A stretch of 37,059 nucleotides of DNA, from contig CAYMAT010000007.1 in assembly GCA_964388495.1 (NCBI GenBank), positions 1 through 37,059 of the forward strand, in the 5' to 3' direction. The notes beneath the pieces were generated by a model. It made no database searches. It was not told where the DNA came from and worked only from the letters and a program-made list of their open reading frames with translations. This DNA is from an uncultured Candidatus Peribacteria bacterium. Lineage in GTDB: Bacteria > Patescibacteriota > Gracilibacteria > Peribacterales > Peribacteraceae. Position 1 is the first letter of the stretch, and each line of letters begins with the position of its first letter. Positions 8,934 to 16,347 of this stretch are shown here, one piece after another. A program made the translations under genes and the position numbers.

Positions 8934-8954
8934 ACCCTGTATCGTTTGCGGGTC

Positions 8955-9677
8955 GTGAAAAAGACGCTTGCATTCATCGGCTTCTGCATTGTCCTTTCGG
9001 CTTGTACAAGCCTTAAAACAAATACGCCTTCCTCACCTGCAGCTTCCTCCGGCTCTTCGCTCTCGTCTCTCCCCCTCCCGCCCACGGTGGATGGTGCAGA
9101 AACGCAGACGGGGATTTTGGTGGAGAGCGAGGATGATACCTCCTCTGACGGGGAATTGCGGTCTTCCACGGGAGCCCTCTTGGAGAGCGCCGCAACGGAT
9201 GGCTCGCTGACACTGGGGAATACCGCAACGGTACTGACCGTCTATACCAATGCTTCCTGCTCGTACTGTCATGATTTCCTGACGCAGATGTTGCCCGCAC
9301 TGACGGATGAATTCGTTGCCCAGGGGAAACTGTCCGTTCGTTTCGTGACCGTTCCGCTCAAGAAGTACCCCAACTCCGCGCTGGAAGCCGGGGCTGTGTA
9401 CTGTGCAGCGCGCGAGGGAAAGGGTCTGGCAATGATGGAGGCGCTGCACGCACTCCCCACCCATGACCGCAAGAAACTGCTTTCCGCCGCCGCGGCGCTG
9501 AAGGCGTCATCCGCCTTTCCTGCATGCCTGGACAGCGCGGAAGGCAAGGCAGCCATTACCGCAGGGGAAAAGAGCAGCATCACGCTGCTCCCCACGTTTG
9601 TTTTGAACGGAAAGAGCATTACCGGGCTCCCCATGCCCGCGGATCTCCGGGGCTGGATACGCCAGGAAACGCGGTGA
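8955..9677 (+). CDS. DsbA-like thioredoxin-fold lipoprotein (thiol:disulfide oxidoreductase)
   Basis: I place the start at GTG 8955. The signal peptide has a lipobox (VKKTLAFIGFCIVLSAC), followed by a Ser/Pro-rich linker and a CxxC motif (CSYC) in a DsbA-like context. The ORF-track extension back to 8352 is antisense to tagA. Confidence 0.75.
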   Translation: MKKTLAFIGFCIVLSACTSLKTNTPSSPAASSGSSLSSLPLPPTVDGAETQTGILVESEDDTSSDGELRSSTGALLESAATDGSLTLGNTATVLTVYTNASCSYCHDFLTQMLPALTDEFVAQGKLSVRFVTVPLKKYPNSALEAGAVYCAAREGKGLAMMEALHALPTHDRKKLLSAAAALKASSAFPACLDSAEGKAAITAGEKSSITLLPTFVLNGKSITGLPMPADLRGWIRQETR

Positions 9678-9935
9678 TCAGCGGCTGATCCGGACGATTT
9701 TCTTCTTGGACGTGAAGCCGCTCACGAGCGTGACGGCGTTTTTGGGAACGCCGTGCATCTCCGCGATAAAGCGCAGAAGCTCCAGATTGGCGGCGTTGTC
9801 CTCCGGCGCAGCGGCTACGTCTATCTTGAGCGTGCCGTCCGCCATGGTGGATGCAATTTTCGTCTTCTGCGCATGGGGACGCGCACGGATATGGAGAATG
9901 GTATCCATCATCATTTGGTCATGTTTTTCCGCCAT
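9678..9935 (-). CDS. DUF167 (YggU-like) family protein
   Basis: ...[13 protein letters not shown]....[49 protein letters not shown] is typical of DUF167. An alternative start at ATG 9914 would form an ATGA overlap with the trmD stop. Confidence 0.75.
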   Translation of the reverse strand: MAEKHDQMMMDTILHIRARPHAQKTKIASTMADGTLKIDVAAAPEDNAANLELLRFIAEMHGVPKNAVTLVSGFTSKKKIVRISR

Positions 9936-10603
9936 TCTTCGATCTTCTTGTGGTGACCGGAGAGCAGCACGTCAGGGACGCGCATGCCGCGGAATTCCTC
10001 CGGGCGGGTGTAGTGCGGGTACTCGCGCTTGCGCTTGAGGCTCTTGCTGAAGCTCTCCTCGTGAGCGGACTCGTCTTTGCCCAACACACCGGGGATGTGC
10101 CGCACCACGGCATCGATCAATACCATCGCCGGTAATTCGCCGCCGGTGAGCACGTAGTCGCCAATGGATATCTCTTCGTCAATCCACCCGTCGATAACTC
10201 GCTGATCGACTCCTTCATAGTGCCCGCAGAGGAGGAGTAGGTGATCTTTTTTGGCCAGTTGCTCCACCTTTGTCTGCGTCAGGCGCTTACCCCTGGGAGA
10301 CAGATAGATTCTATGAACGCCACTTTTCTCTTTTCTCTTTTCTCTTTTTACAACGTCGCTCATTGCTGATCGCTCATTGCTGATCGCTTCTATCCCCTTC
10401 ACCAATACATCCGGGCGCATCACCATGCCCGCCCCGCCGCCGTAGGGGCTGTCGTCGATCTGCTTGTACTTGCCCTCCGCGTAATCGCGCAGATCATGGA
10501 GACCGATTTCAAAAAGCCCAGCATCTTGCGCACGCTTAAGGATGCTCTCGGTCATGGGACCGTTAAACATGGCCGGGAAGAGGGTGAGAACGTCGATACG
10601 CAT
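9911..10603 (-). CDS. trmD: tRNA (guanine37-N1)-methyltransferase
   Basis: [13 protein letters not shown]...[16 protein letters not shown]...YLSPRGK...[13 protein letters not shown]...[27 protein letters not shown]. It contains a repeat-encoded loop insertion at 10323-10390. Confidence 0.92.
   Translation of the reverse strand: MRIDVLTLFPAMFNGPMTESILKRAQDAGLFEIGLHDLRDYAEGKYKQIDDSPYGGGAGMVMRPDVLVKGIEAISNERSAMSDVVKREKRKEKSGVHRIYLSPRGKRLTQTKVEQLAKKDHLLLLCGHYEGVDQRVIDGWIDEEISIGDYVLTGGELPAMVLIDAVVRHIPGVLGKDESAHEESFSKSLKRKREYPHYTRPEEFRGMRVPDVLLSGHHKKIEEWRKNMTK
10323..10343. repeat. 7-bp tandem repeat (cttttct x3, plus a partial fourth unit) inside trmD
   Basis: Read directly. It encodes the KREKRKEK stretch of a variable loop. 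Confidence 0.9.
10357..10390. repeat. 14-bp tandem repeat (cgctcattgctgat x2.4) inside trmD
   Basis: Read directly at 10357-10370 and 10371-10384, plus a partial unit. The 14-nt period shifts the frame between units, giving [11 protein letters not shown]. Confidence 0.9.
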
Positions 10604-10620
10604 GTCGTGATGTTTCTATA

Positions 10621-11520
10621 TTACACAATATCCGCGTAAAACTGACGGACATCCTGGATGGCTACCTCGTCTACCGCTTGCGTCTTTTTCCCCTTCCGCG
10701 GCTCCAGGCGGTCATAGAAGCTGGGGACGTCCTCGCGCTGGTACAGGATGCCGGTGGGGATCCGCTCATGGACATTCTGCGCCAGCTTGCGCGCAACGGA
10801 AATATTGCAGTGGGGATCATGTCCCTCGGCGTTGGCGTCGTAGCAACGCTGCAACAGGTACTCGTGCGTGGCGAAATGGTTGTACGTGGGACAAGCCTGC
10901 AGGACATCCACAAAGGCAAAACCGTGTTTCTGATGCTCGATGGCCGCCTTGAGCACTTTGGTGAGATGCGGGATGTTGCCGCTGAACGCGCGGGCCACAA
11001 AGGTGGGCTCCAGGGAGAAGATGAAATCCATGGAGTTGAGCGTGTGCTCCGGGATACCGTTGGGACTGCTGTTCATCGGCTGCTCCTGCCACGTGAGCGA
11101 GCTGGCCTGGCCGGTGGTGAGGCCGTAGTTGGCGTTGTTGTGGAGAACGAAGGTGATGGGGTAATTGCTGCGGATCCCGTGCACCAGGTGGCCCACGCCT
11201 TCCGAGAAACTGGCGCCGTCGCCGCCAAAGGCGATCACAGGCATGCGCGTGTTGGCGAGCTTTGCGCCGGCGGCAAGCGGGATGACGCGGCCGTGGAGCC
11301 CGTGGATGCGGTAACCCGCGATCTTGTCGCTGCCGTTGCCGTGGCAACCGATGTCGTAACACAGGCACACCTGCCACGGATGGAGATTGAGTTCCGTGAG
11401 CGCGCGCTTGGTAGCGGTCCAGATGCCGTAGTCGCCGCAGCCGTCGCACCATGAGCACTGTGTACCGCAGTAGTATTCGTGGATATTTGCCGAGCCGCTG
11501 GTGTGCAAGGGGATACCCAT
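10621..11520 (-). CDS. 2-oxoacid:ferredoxin/flavodoxin oxidoreductase, beta (TPP-binding) subunit
   Basis: CSWCDGCGDYGI..., GGDGASFSEG (TPP GDG motif), VLHNNANYGLTTGQ. The ATG lies 3 nt after the alpha-subunit stop. Confidence 0.9.
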   Translation of the reverse strand: MGIPLHTSGSANIHEYYCGTQCSWCDGCGDYGIWTATKRALTELNLHPWQVCLCYDIGCHGNGSDKIAGYRIHGLHGRVIPLAAGAKLANTRMPVIAFGGDGASFSEGVGHLVHGIRSNYPITFVLHNNANYGLTTGQASSLTWQEQPMNSSPNGIPEHTLNSMDFIFSLEPTFVARAFSGNIPHLTKVLKAAIEHQKHGFAFVDVLQACPTYNHFATHEYLLQRCYDANAEGHDPHCNISVARKLAQNVHERIPTGILYQREDVPSFYDRLEPRKGKKTQAVDEVAIQDVRQFYADIV

Positions 11521-11523
11521 AAA

Positions 11524-11551
11524 TTATTGCTGATTGCTGATTGCTAACCGC
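11524..11551. repeat. Degenerate 7-bp tandem repeat (ttattgc tgattgc tgattgc taaccgc) at the 3' end of the OFOR alpha gene
   Basis: Read directly. It covers the last 7 codons (LAISNQQ) plus the stop. It is related to the trmD 14-mer, sharing ATTGCTGAT. Confidence 0.7.
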
Positions 11552-13311
11552 TGACGCAGTTCATCGGCGAAGAAAGGACGGCCGTCGTACTTGAGGATTT
11601 TTTGTGCGATGTCCACGCCCGTTTCCATCCGGATCATCATGCCCAGTTGGGCCTGCTTGTTGCATTCCACGATAACCGACTTTTTGGCTTTCTTGAGCAA
11701 TTTCTCTAACCTCTCAGTCTTGAGGGGCCAGAGGTAAGTGTAATGGAGATAACCAATCTTCTGCCCCCCTGCCCCCTTGCCCTCCTGCCCTTTTAGGGCA
11801 TCCAGAATCACACCCTTGTTGCTGCCCCAGGAGACGATGAGCATGTTCAGCGACGGATTGTCTTTGACGATTTTCCCGTTCACATACAGGTCCGGTTCCG
11901 GCAGCGCGGCCTTGAGCGCCTCCCCTTTGCGCATGCGCTTCTCCATTTGCTCCTGCGCGTTCTGCGCCGTCTCGTTCACGTTGCCCGCGGCGTCATGCTC
12001 GTCGCTCTGCGCGCAGTACGTGGCGGCCTCCGCTCCCGGCAGCCAGCGCGGGGAGATTCCGTCCTTGGCGGAGGGATCAAAGCGGTCGGTGCTGCGGAGC
12101 TTGGCGAGTTTCTGGGGATCAGTGACGAGTTTCCCGCGGCGGATCTTCGCCTTCTTCTGGTCAAACGGCTTCTGCGTAAAGAGCGCCTCCGCCGTCTGCT
12201 TGTCCGTCATGACAATGACGGGAATCTGGTATTCCTCAGCGATATTGAACGCCTGGGGCATGAGGTCGAAGCTGTCCTGTGACTCACTGACGGAGAGCAC
12301 GCAGCGCGGGAATTCCCCGTGTGCGGAACCCACGGCCAGCAGCAGGTCACCCTGCGCGGTCCACGTAGGGAGGCCGGTGGCGGGGCCGGGGCGCTGCGCG
12401 AGCACGAAGACGGACGGGTTCTCGATGATGCCGTTCATGCTGACGGTCTCCGTCATGAGATCGAATCCTCCCCCCGATGTCCCCGTTGCCGCACGCGTGC
12501 CCATGTACATGGCTCCGCTCATCATCTGCGCGGCGGTGATCTCGTCCTCCGCCTGCTTGATCACCATGCCAGTCTTGTTCTGGATCTCCGCTACGTAACT
12601 GAGGAGAGGAGAAGAAGGCGTCATGGGATACCCCACGTACATGCGACAACCGCCGTGCACCAAGCCCAGACCCATGGCCTGGCTGCCCGTGATGAGGAGA
12701 TGGTTCTTCCATTCGGGATTGGCTTTGGGAAGCGACAAACTTAACTCCTTCCGGTGTCCTGCCGCAAACGCCATACCCTCGTCGATACACTGATGGTTTG
12801 CCTGTACCACGGCATCGCCCTTGTAGCTGAACTGTTCGGTGGCCAGGTCTTTGAGCGCCTCAGCGGGAAGACCCAGGAACGACCACACGATGGACGTGAC
12901 CAGCATGTTACCCATGATGGGTCGCGCCTTCATTTTCTTCAGGATCTCCTCGATGGGCAGGTACAGCACGCGCACGCCGCGGCTGTCCAGGTCCCTCTGG
13001 ATTTTGGGATCGAATTTCCACTGCGGCGTCTGGTGCAGGATCACGCCGCCGTCGCGCACCTCATGGATGTTTTTCTCCAGACCGTGATGGTTGAAGTTCA
13101 CCAGGAGATGCACCCGGGACTCCGTGCTCTCCACATAATCGGCACTCACGTCCAGCTGATAACTGCTGTGCCCCCCCTTGATGAGCGAGTTGTATTCACG
13201 GTAACCAAAGACGCAGTACCCCGTGCGCTTGAGACCTTTGGCCAGCACCTCCCCCACGGAGTTGACCCCCTGCCCCTGCGCGCCGGTGATTTTGAGGGCG
13301 ATGCGCGTCAT
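11524..13311 (-). CDS. 2-oxoacid:ferredoxin/flavodoxin oxidoreductase, fused gamma-alpha subunit
   Basis: The N-terminal gamma domain reads IALKITGAQGQGVNSVGEVLAKGL...GGHSSYQL. An alpha domain follows: GYPMTPSSPLL....EDEITAAQMMSGA...GTSGGGFDLM. I prefer ATG 13311 because it overlaps the flavodoxin stop as ATGA. ATG 13344 is the alternative. Confidence 0.88.
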   Translation of the reverse strand: MTRIALKITGAQGQGVNSVGEVLAKGLKRTGYCVFGYREYNSLIKGGHSSYQLDVSADYVESTESRVHLLVNFNHHGLEKNIHEVRDGGVILHQTPQWKFDPKIQRDLDSRGVRVLYLPIEEILKKMKARPIMGNMLVTSIVWSFLGLPAEALKDLATEQFSYKGDAVVQANHQCIDEGMAFAAGHRKELSLSLPKANPEWKNHLLITGSQAMGLGLVHGGCRMYVGYPMTPSSPLLSYVAEIQNKTGMVIKQAEDEITAAQMMSGAMYMGTRAATGTSGGGFDLMTETVSMNGIIENPSVFVLAQRPGPATGLPTWTAQGDLLLAVGSAHGEFPRCVLSVSESQDSFDLMPQAFNIAEEYQIPVIVMTDKQTAEALFTQKPFDQKKAKIRRGKLVTDPQKLAKLRSTDRFDPSAKDGISPRWLPGAEAATYCAQSDEHDAAGNVNETAQNAQEQMEKRMRKGEALKAALPEPDLYVNGKIVKDNPSLNMLIVSWGSNKGVILDALKGQEGKGAGGQKIGYLHYTYLWPLKTERLEKLLKKAKKSVIVECNKQAQLGMMIRMETGVDIAQKILKYDGRPFFADELRQRLAISNQQ

Positions 13312-13781
13312 GCGTTGAGGAATGTTGCCAGTTTTTGCGTCCATTTGGCGATCTTTTCCTCCTGTCCGTAGGGTTCGTCAATGACGGTGAGCGCATCCAC
13401 AGCCACTTTCCCACCATGGGTGACGATATACGAACGGAGATATTCACCCGCGCGCGCGGTGTAGAAATAGCGGTGGTCACCCAGCGCGATGATGGAACAC
13501 GGCCTTCCCCCAAGATCCACCGTCTTTGCCGATCCGTTGAGCAGCGCATACATGTACGGATGCAACTGGCCCTCCACTCCGCCGGTGTTCCATGTTCCGG
13601 AAGCCAGGACCAATGTCTGGGCCTTAGCGAGATCTTCCGGGACGGCCTCTTCTGCACGCACCACGCGCGCGTGGATTTCCGGCAACAAGGTGCGCAGGCA
13701 CTCCACGGCATGATGGACCACCCATTCGGTATGGCCGCTCCCCGATGCATAGACGAAAGTCACGGACTGCACGGCTCCCAT
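13308..13781 (-). CDS. Flavodoxin (short-chain type)
   Basis: VTFVYASGSGHTE (FMN phosphate loop), LVLASGTWNTGGVEG, IALGDHRYFYTARAGEYL. It is the first gene of the OFOR operon. Confidence 0.8.
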   Translation of the reverse strand: MGAVQSVTFVYASGSGHTEWVVHHAVECLRTLLPEIHARVVRAEEAVPEDLAKAQTLVLASGTWNTGGVEGQLHPYMYALLNGSAKTVDLGGRPCSIIALGDHRYFYTARAGEYLRSYIVTHGGKVAVDALTVIDEPYGQEEKIAKWTQKLATFLNA

Positions 13782-13903
13782 TGTAGATCACCGCGCGCCG
13801 CGGCTCATTGACAAAAAACACCTTTCGTCCGCCATACGCGTAGCAACGGAATCACCCACGGTCTTTTGCGCTTGCACAAGGTCAAAAAGAGATATGCCGC
13901 ACA

Positions 13904-13932
13904 TTGAAAAAATATCCAAAAAACGGTATACT
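13904..13932 (+). promoter_or_regulatory. Sigma70-like promoter (TTGAAA-17 nt-TATACT) for MBOAT gene 1
   Basis: TTGAAA at 13904-13909 and TATACT at 13927-13932. ATG 13943 is 10 nt downstream, with no SD. Confidence 0.55.
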
Positions 13933-13942
13933 GTCCGGATAC

Positions 13943-15334
13943 ATGAACTTCACGAGTTTCGGTTATCTTTGGCTGATCGCGGCGTTTACACCCGTGTACT
14001 GGATGGCCGCAAAAAGGGTGCGGCTGCGGAACCTGCTCCTGGTGCTGGTCAGTTATTTTATCTACGGGTTTCTGAATCCGTGGTACTGCCTCCTGCTCTT
14101 CTGCAGTTCGCTCACCGCGCATATCTGCGGGCAGTCTGTGCAGAACCCGGAGAGGAAAGGCCGCGCAATTATTGTGGCGGTGTCCGTTGCGGTGAACATC
14201 GGCATGCTGGCCTTCTTCAAGTACGAAGGGTTTTTTGCGACGCAGGTTGCTGCAGCGCTCACATCCGTGGGGATTGGCGTGACGGAAGCGGGTGCAAAAC
14301 TGATCATGCCCATCGGCATATCGTTCTATACGCTTCAGGCCGTGGGATTCACCGTGGACGCCTACCGCGCAAAGATACGCGTGGGTGAACTGCTGGAGAC
14401 CATGGCGTACCTGTCGTTCTTCCCCAAGCTCATCGCTGGCCCGTTGGAGCCGGCGGAAACTCTCCTGCCCCAGCTGCAGCAACCCAAGGATTTCCAGGTA
14501 TCGCATCTGGGCGAAGGAACGGAGCTGATGCTGTACGGACTGTTCAAAAAGCTGGTGGTTGCGGAGAACATCCGTCCGTACATCGACCAGATATTCCTGC
14601 TCAAAAACCCGTCAGCCACGCTGCTTGCCGTGGGGGCCGCGGGTTTCACCGTCCAGATTCTTGCGGATTTCTCCGGATACACGGACATCGCCCGCGGAAG
14701 CGCGCGCCTCCTGGGCTTCACGCTCATGGAGAATTTCCGCCTGCCGTACCTTGCCGTCTCCCCGTCCGATTTCTGGCGGCGTTGGCACATTTCGCTCTCC
14801 CAGTGGTTCAGGGATTACGTCTACATCCCGCTGGGGGGATCGGAATGGCAATCGCGGACGATGACGTGCATCGCGCTCATGACCACCATGATGATCAGCG
14901 GCTTGTGGCACGGAGTCACGGGTAATTTTTTGCTGTGGGGGCTGTACCACGGTCTGCTGCTCTGCGCATATACCATGCTGGGAATGGGCGGCTCATGGAG
15001 TCCGCGCACCAGGCTTGGGCGCGCGGCGGCATGGCTGACGATGACAATCTTCACGGTCTTCGGCTGGCTGCTCTTCCGCAGTCCCGGGACGCCCTGGTTT
15101 GTACATGTCATGGCAAACCTCACGCCCGGATTGACGCAATCGCAATCCGCTGTGGCCCTGGTGTGGCTGGGCATGTACGCGCTGTACGTCCTGCCGTGGG
15201 TCTGCGCGTGGACACTGAAGACGCGCTGGGGACAGCACCCCGCCGCACGCGCACTCAGTAATGCCATTGTTGCACTCAGCATCGTCTATCTGTCCATTGA
15301 GGTACCCCTCAACTTCGTTTACTACCAGTTCTGA
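13943..15334 (+). CDS. MBOAT-family membrane O-acyltransferase (AlgI/DltB/PatA-like), copy 1
   Basis: MNFTSFGYLWL..., ISFYTLQAVGFTVDAYR, FFPKLIAGP, DFWRRWHISLSQWFRDYVYIPLGGS, and GLWHG, which contains the conserved MBOAT His. I chose the start by homology with copy 2 (MQFTSLHYLAFL). Confidence 0.85.
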   Translation: MNFTSFGYLWLIAAFTPVYWMAAKRVRLRNLLLVLVSYFIYGFLNPWYCLLLFCSSLTAHICGQSVQNPERKGRAIIVAVSVAVNIGMLAFFKYEGFFATQVAAALTSVGIGVTEAGAKLIMPIGISFYTLQAVGFTVDAYRAKIRVGELLETMAYLSFFPKLIAGPLEPAETLLPQLQQPKDFQVSHLGEGTELMLYGLFKKLVVAENIRPYIDQIFLLKNPSATLLAVGAAGFTVQILADFSGYTDIARGSARLLGFTLMENFRLPYLAVSPSDFWRRWHISLSQWFRDYVYIPLGGSEWQSRTMTCIALMTTMMISGLWHGVTGNFLLWGLYHGLLLCAYTMLGMGGSWSPRTRLGRAAAWLTMTIFTVFGWLLFRSPGTPWFVHVMANLTPGLTQSQSAVALVWLGMYALYVLPWVCAWTLKTRWGQHPAARALSNAIVALSIVYLSIEVPLNFVYYQF

Positions 15335-15336
15335 AC

Positions 15337-16347
15337 ATGGAACCCCTGGAGACATCCGCCGCCCCACCGGCCCCCGCACCCGCATTCGCGCGTCATGCCG
15401 TGACCGTCCTGCTGCATGTCCTCTTCATCGCCGGCGGAATGGGGGCGATGACCGCATTGGGCAACCTGGCACCGGACCCCGACCACGTCTTACGGGAAAG
15501 CCAGGAGAAGTACGCCACCCAGCACTACGACGCGGTGATTGTGGGGAATGCGCTGGCATTCAACCAGATCGACACCGCACTTCTTTCCTCCGCCACCGGC
15601 ATGAGCGTGGGGAGGTTGACCAAAGGCGATTCGGAAATCCCGCTGTGGTACATGGCCGCACGCAATTTGCTCGGCAGCATGCGCATGCCGCCGCGCATGG
15701 CATTGATCGTCTTCAATGACTTTGAACTCACGGACCCCTCCCGCTATTCGCCGGGCTACCTGCTCTCGGACGTGCAGTCACTGCGTGAAAAGGACGATCC
15801 CGTGGCCGATGCAAGGGTGCTGAAGCCGGCTATGGGCCAACTCCAGTACCTGTTGTACCAAAATTTCCGCAGCTACCGGCTCAAGACCGCGGGCCACCGG
15901 TGGCTGGAACGCACCGTGCAGAATGCGGTTGCGGCATCGCTCTTCCTCCCCAAGGACAGCGTGCAGCGGATGGTGGAGAAAATTATTCCGGAAACGGAGA
16001 CACCCATTCCCTTTGAACCCACGGACGTGCGCAAGCCGGAGGAGAACATCGCCGGTTCGTTTCTGCCGCCGCTGCTGGATGAACTGAAACGGCAGGGCAT
16101 CCGTCCGGTTCTGGTCCGCGCGCGGACGCGGCGCTACACGGAACGGGCGTCCAATGCCAGCACCGTCAAGTACATGGACGCCCTGCGCGCGTACGTACAA
16201 TCACGCGGCGGGGTGGTTTTGGACTATGCGGAGGACCCGCGCATCACCCGCGATCATTTTGCGGACAGCCTGCATTTGAACCTCCTGGGACAGAAGACCT
16301 TCACGGAAATCCTCGCGCAGGACATCTCTTCCCTCCCGGCCCAATGA
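15337..16347 (+). CDS. Membrane-anchored SGNH-like accessory protein of the MBOAT system (AlgJ/PatB/DltD-like role), copy 1
   Basis: The start lies 2 nt after the MBOAT stop (TGAacATG). It has an N-terminal TM helix. It is clearly paralogous to 23071..24087 (YDAVIVGNALAF / PLWYMAARNLLGS / FND / DSLHLN..G). Confidence 0.7.
   Translation: MEPLETSAAPPAPAPAFARHAVTVLLHVLFIAGGMGAMTALGNLAPDPDHVLRESQEKYATQHYDAVIVGNALAFNQIDTALLSSATGMSVGRLTKGDSEIPLWYMAARNLLGSMRMPPRMALIVFNDFELTDPSRYSPGYLLSDVQSLREKDDPVADARVLKPAMGQLQYLLYQNFRSYRLKTAGHRWLERTVQNAVAASLFLPKDSVQRMVEKIIPETETPIPFEPTDVRKPEENIAGSFLPPLLDELKRQGIRPVLVRARTRRYTERASNASTVKYMDALRAYVQSRGGVVLDYAEDPRITRDHFADSLHLNLLGQKTFTEILAQDISSLPAQ

Noticed and set aside
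8352-8954. The 201-codon N-terminal extension of the DsbA-like ORF
   Set aside because: This part is antisense to tagA and has junk composition. A GTG at 8955 gives a textbook lipoprotein signal peptide (lipobox LSAC) exactly where tagA ends.
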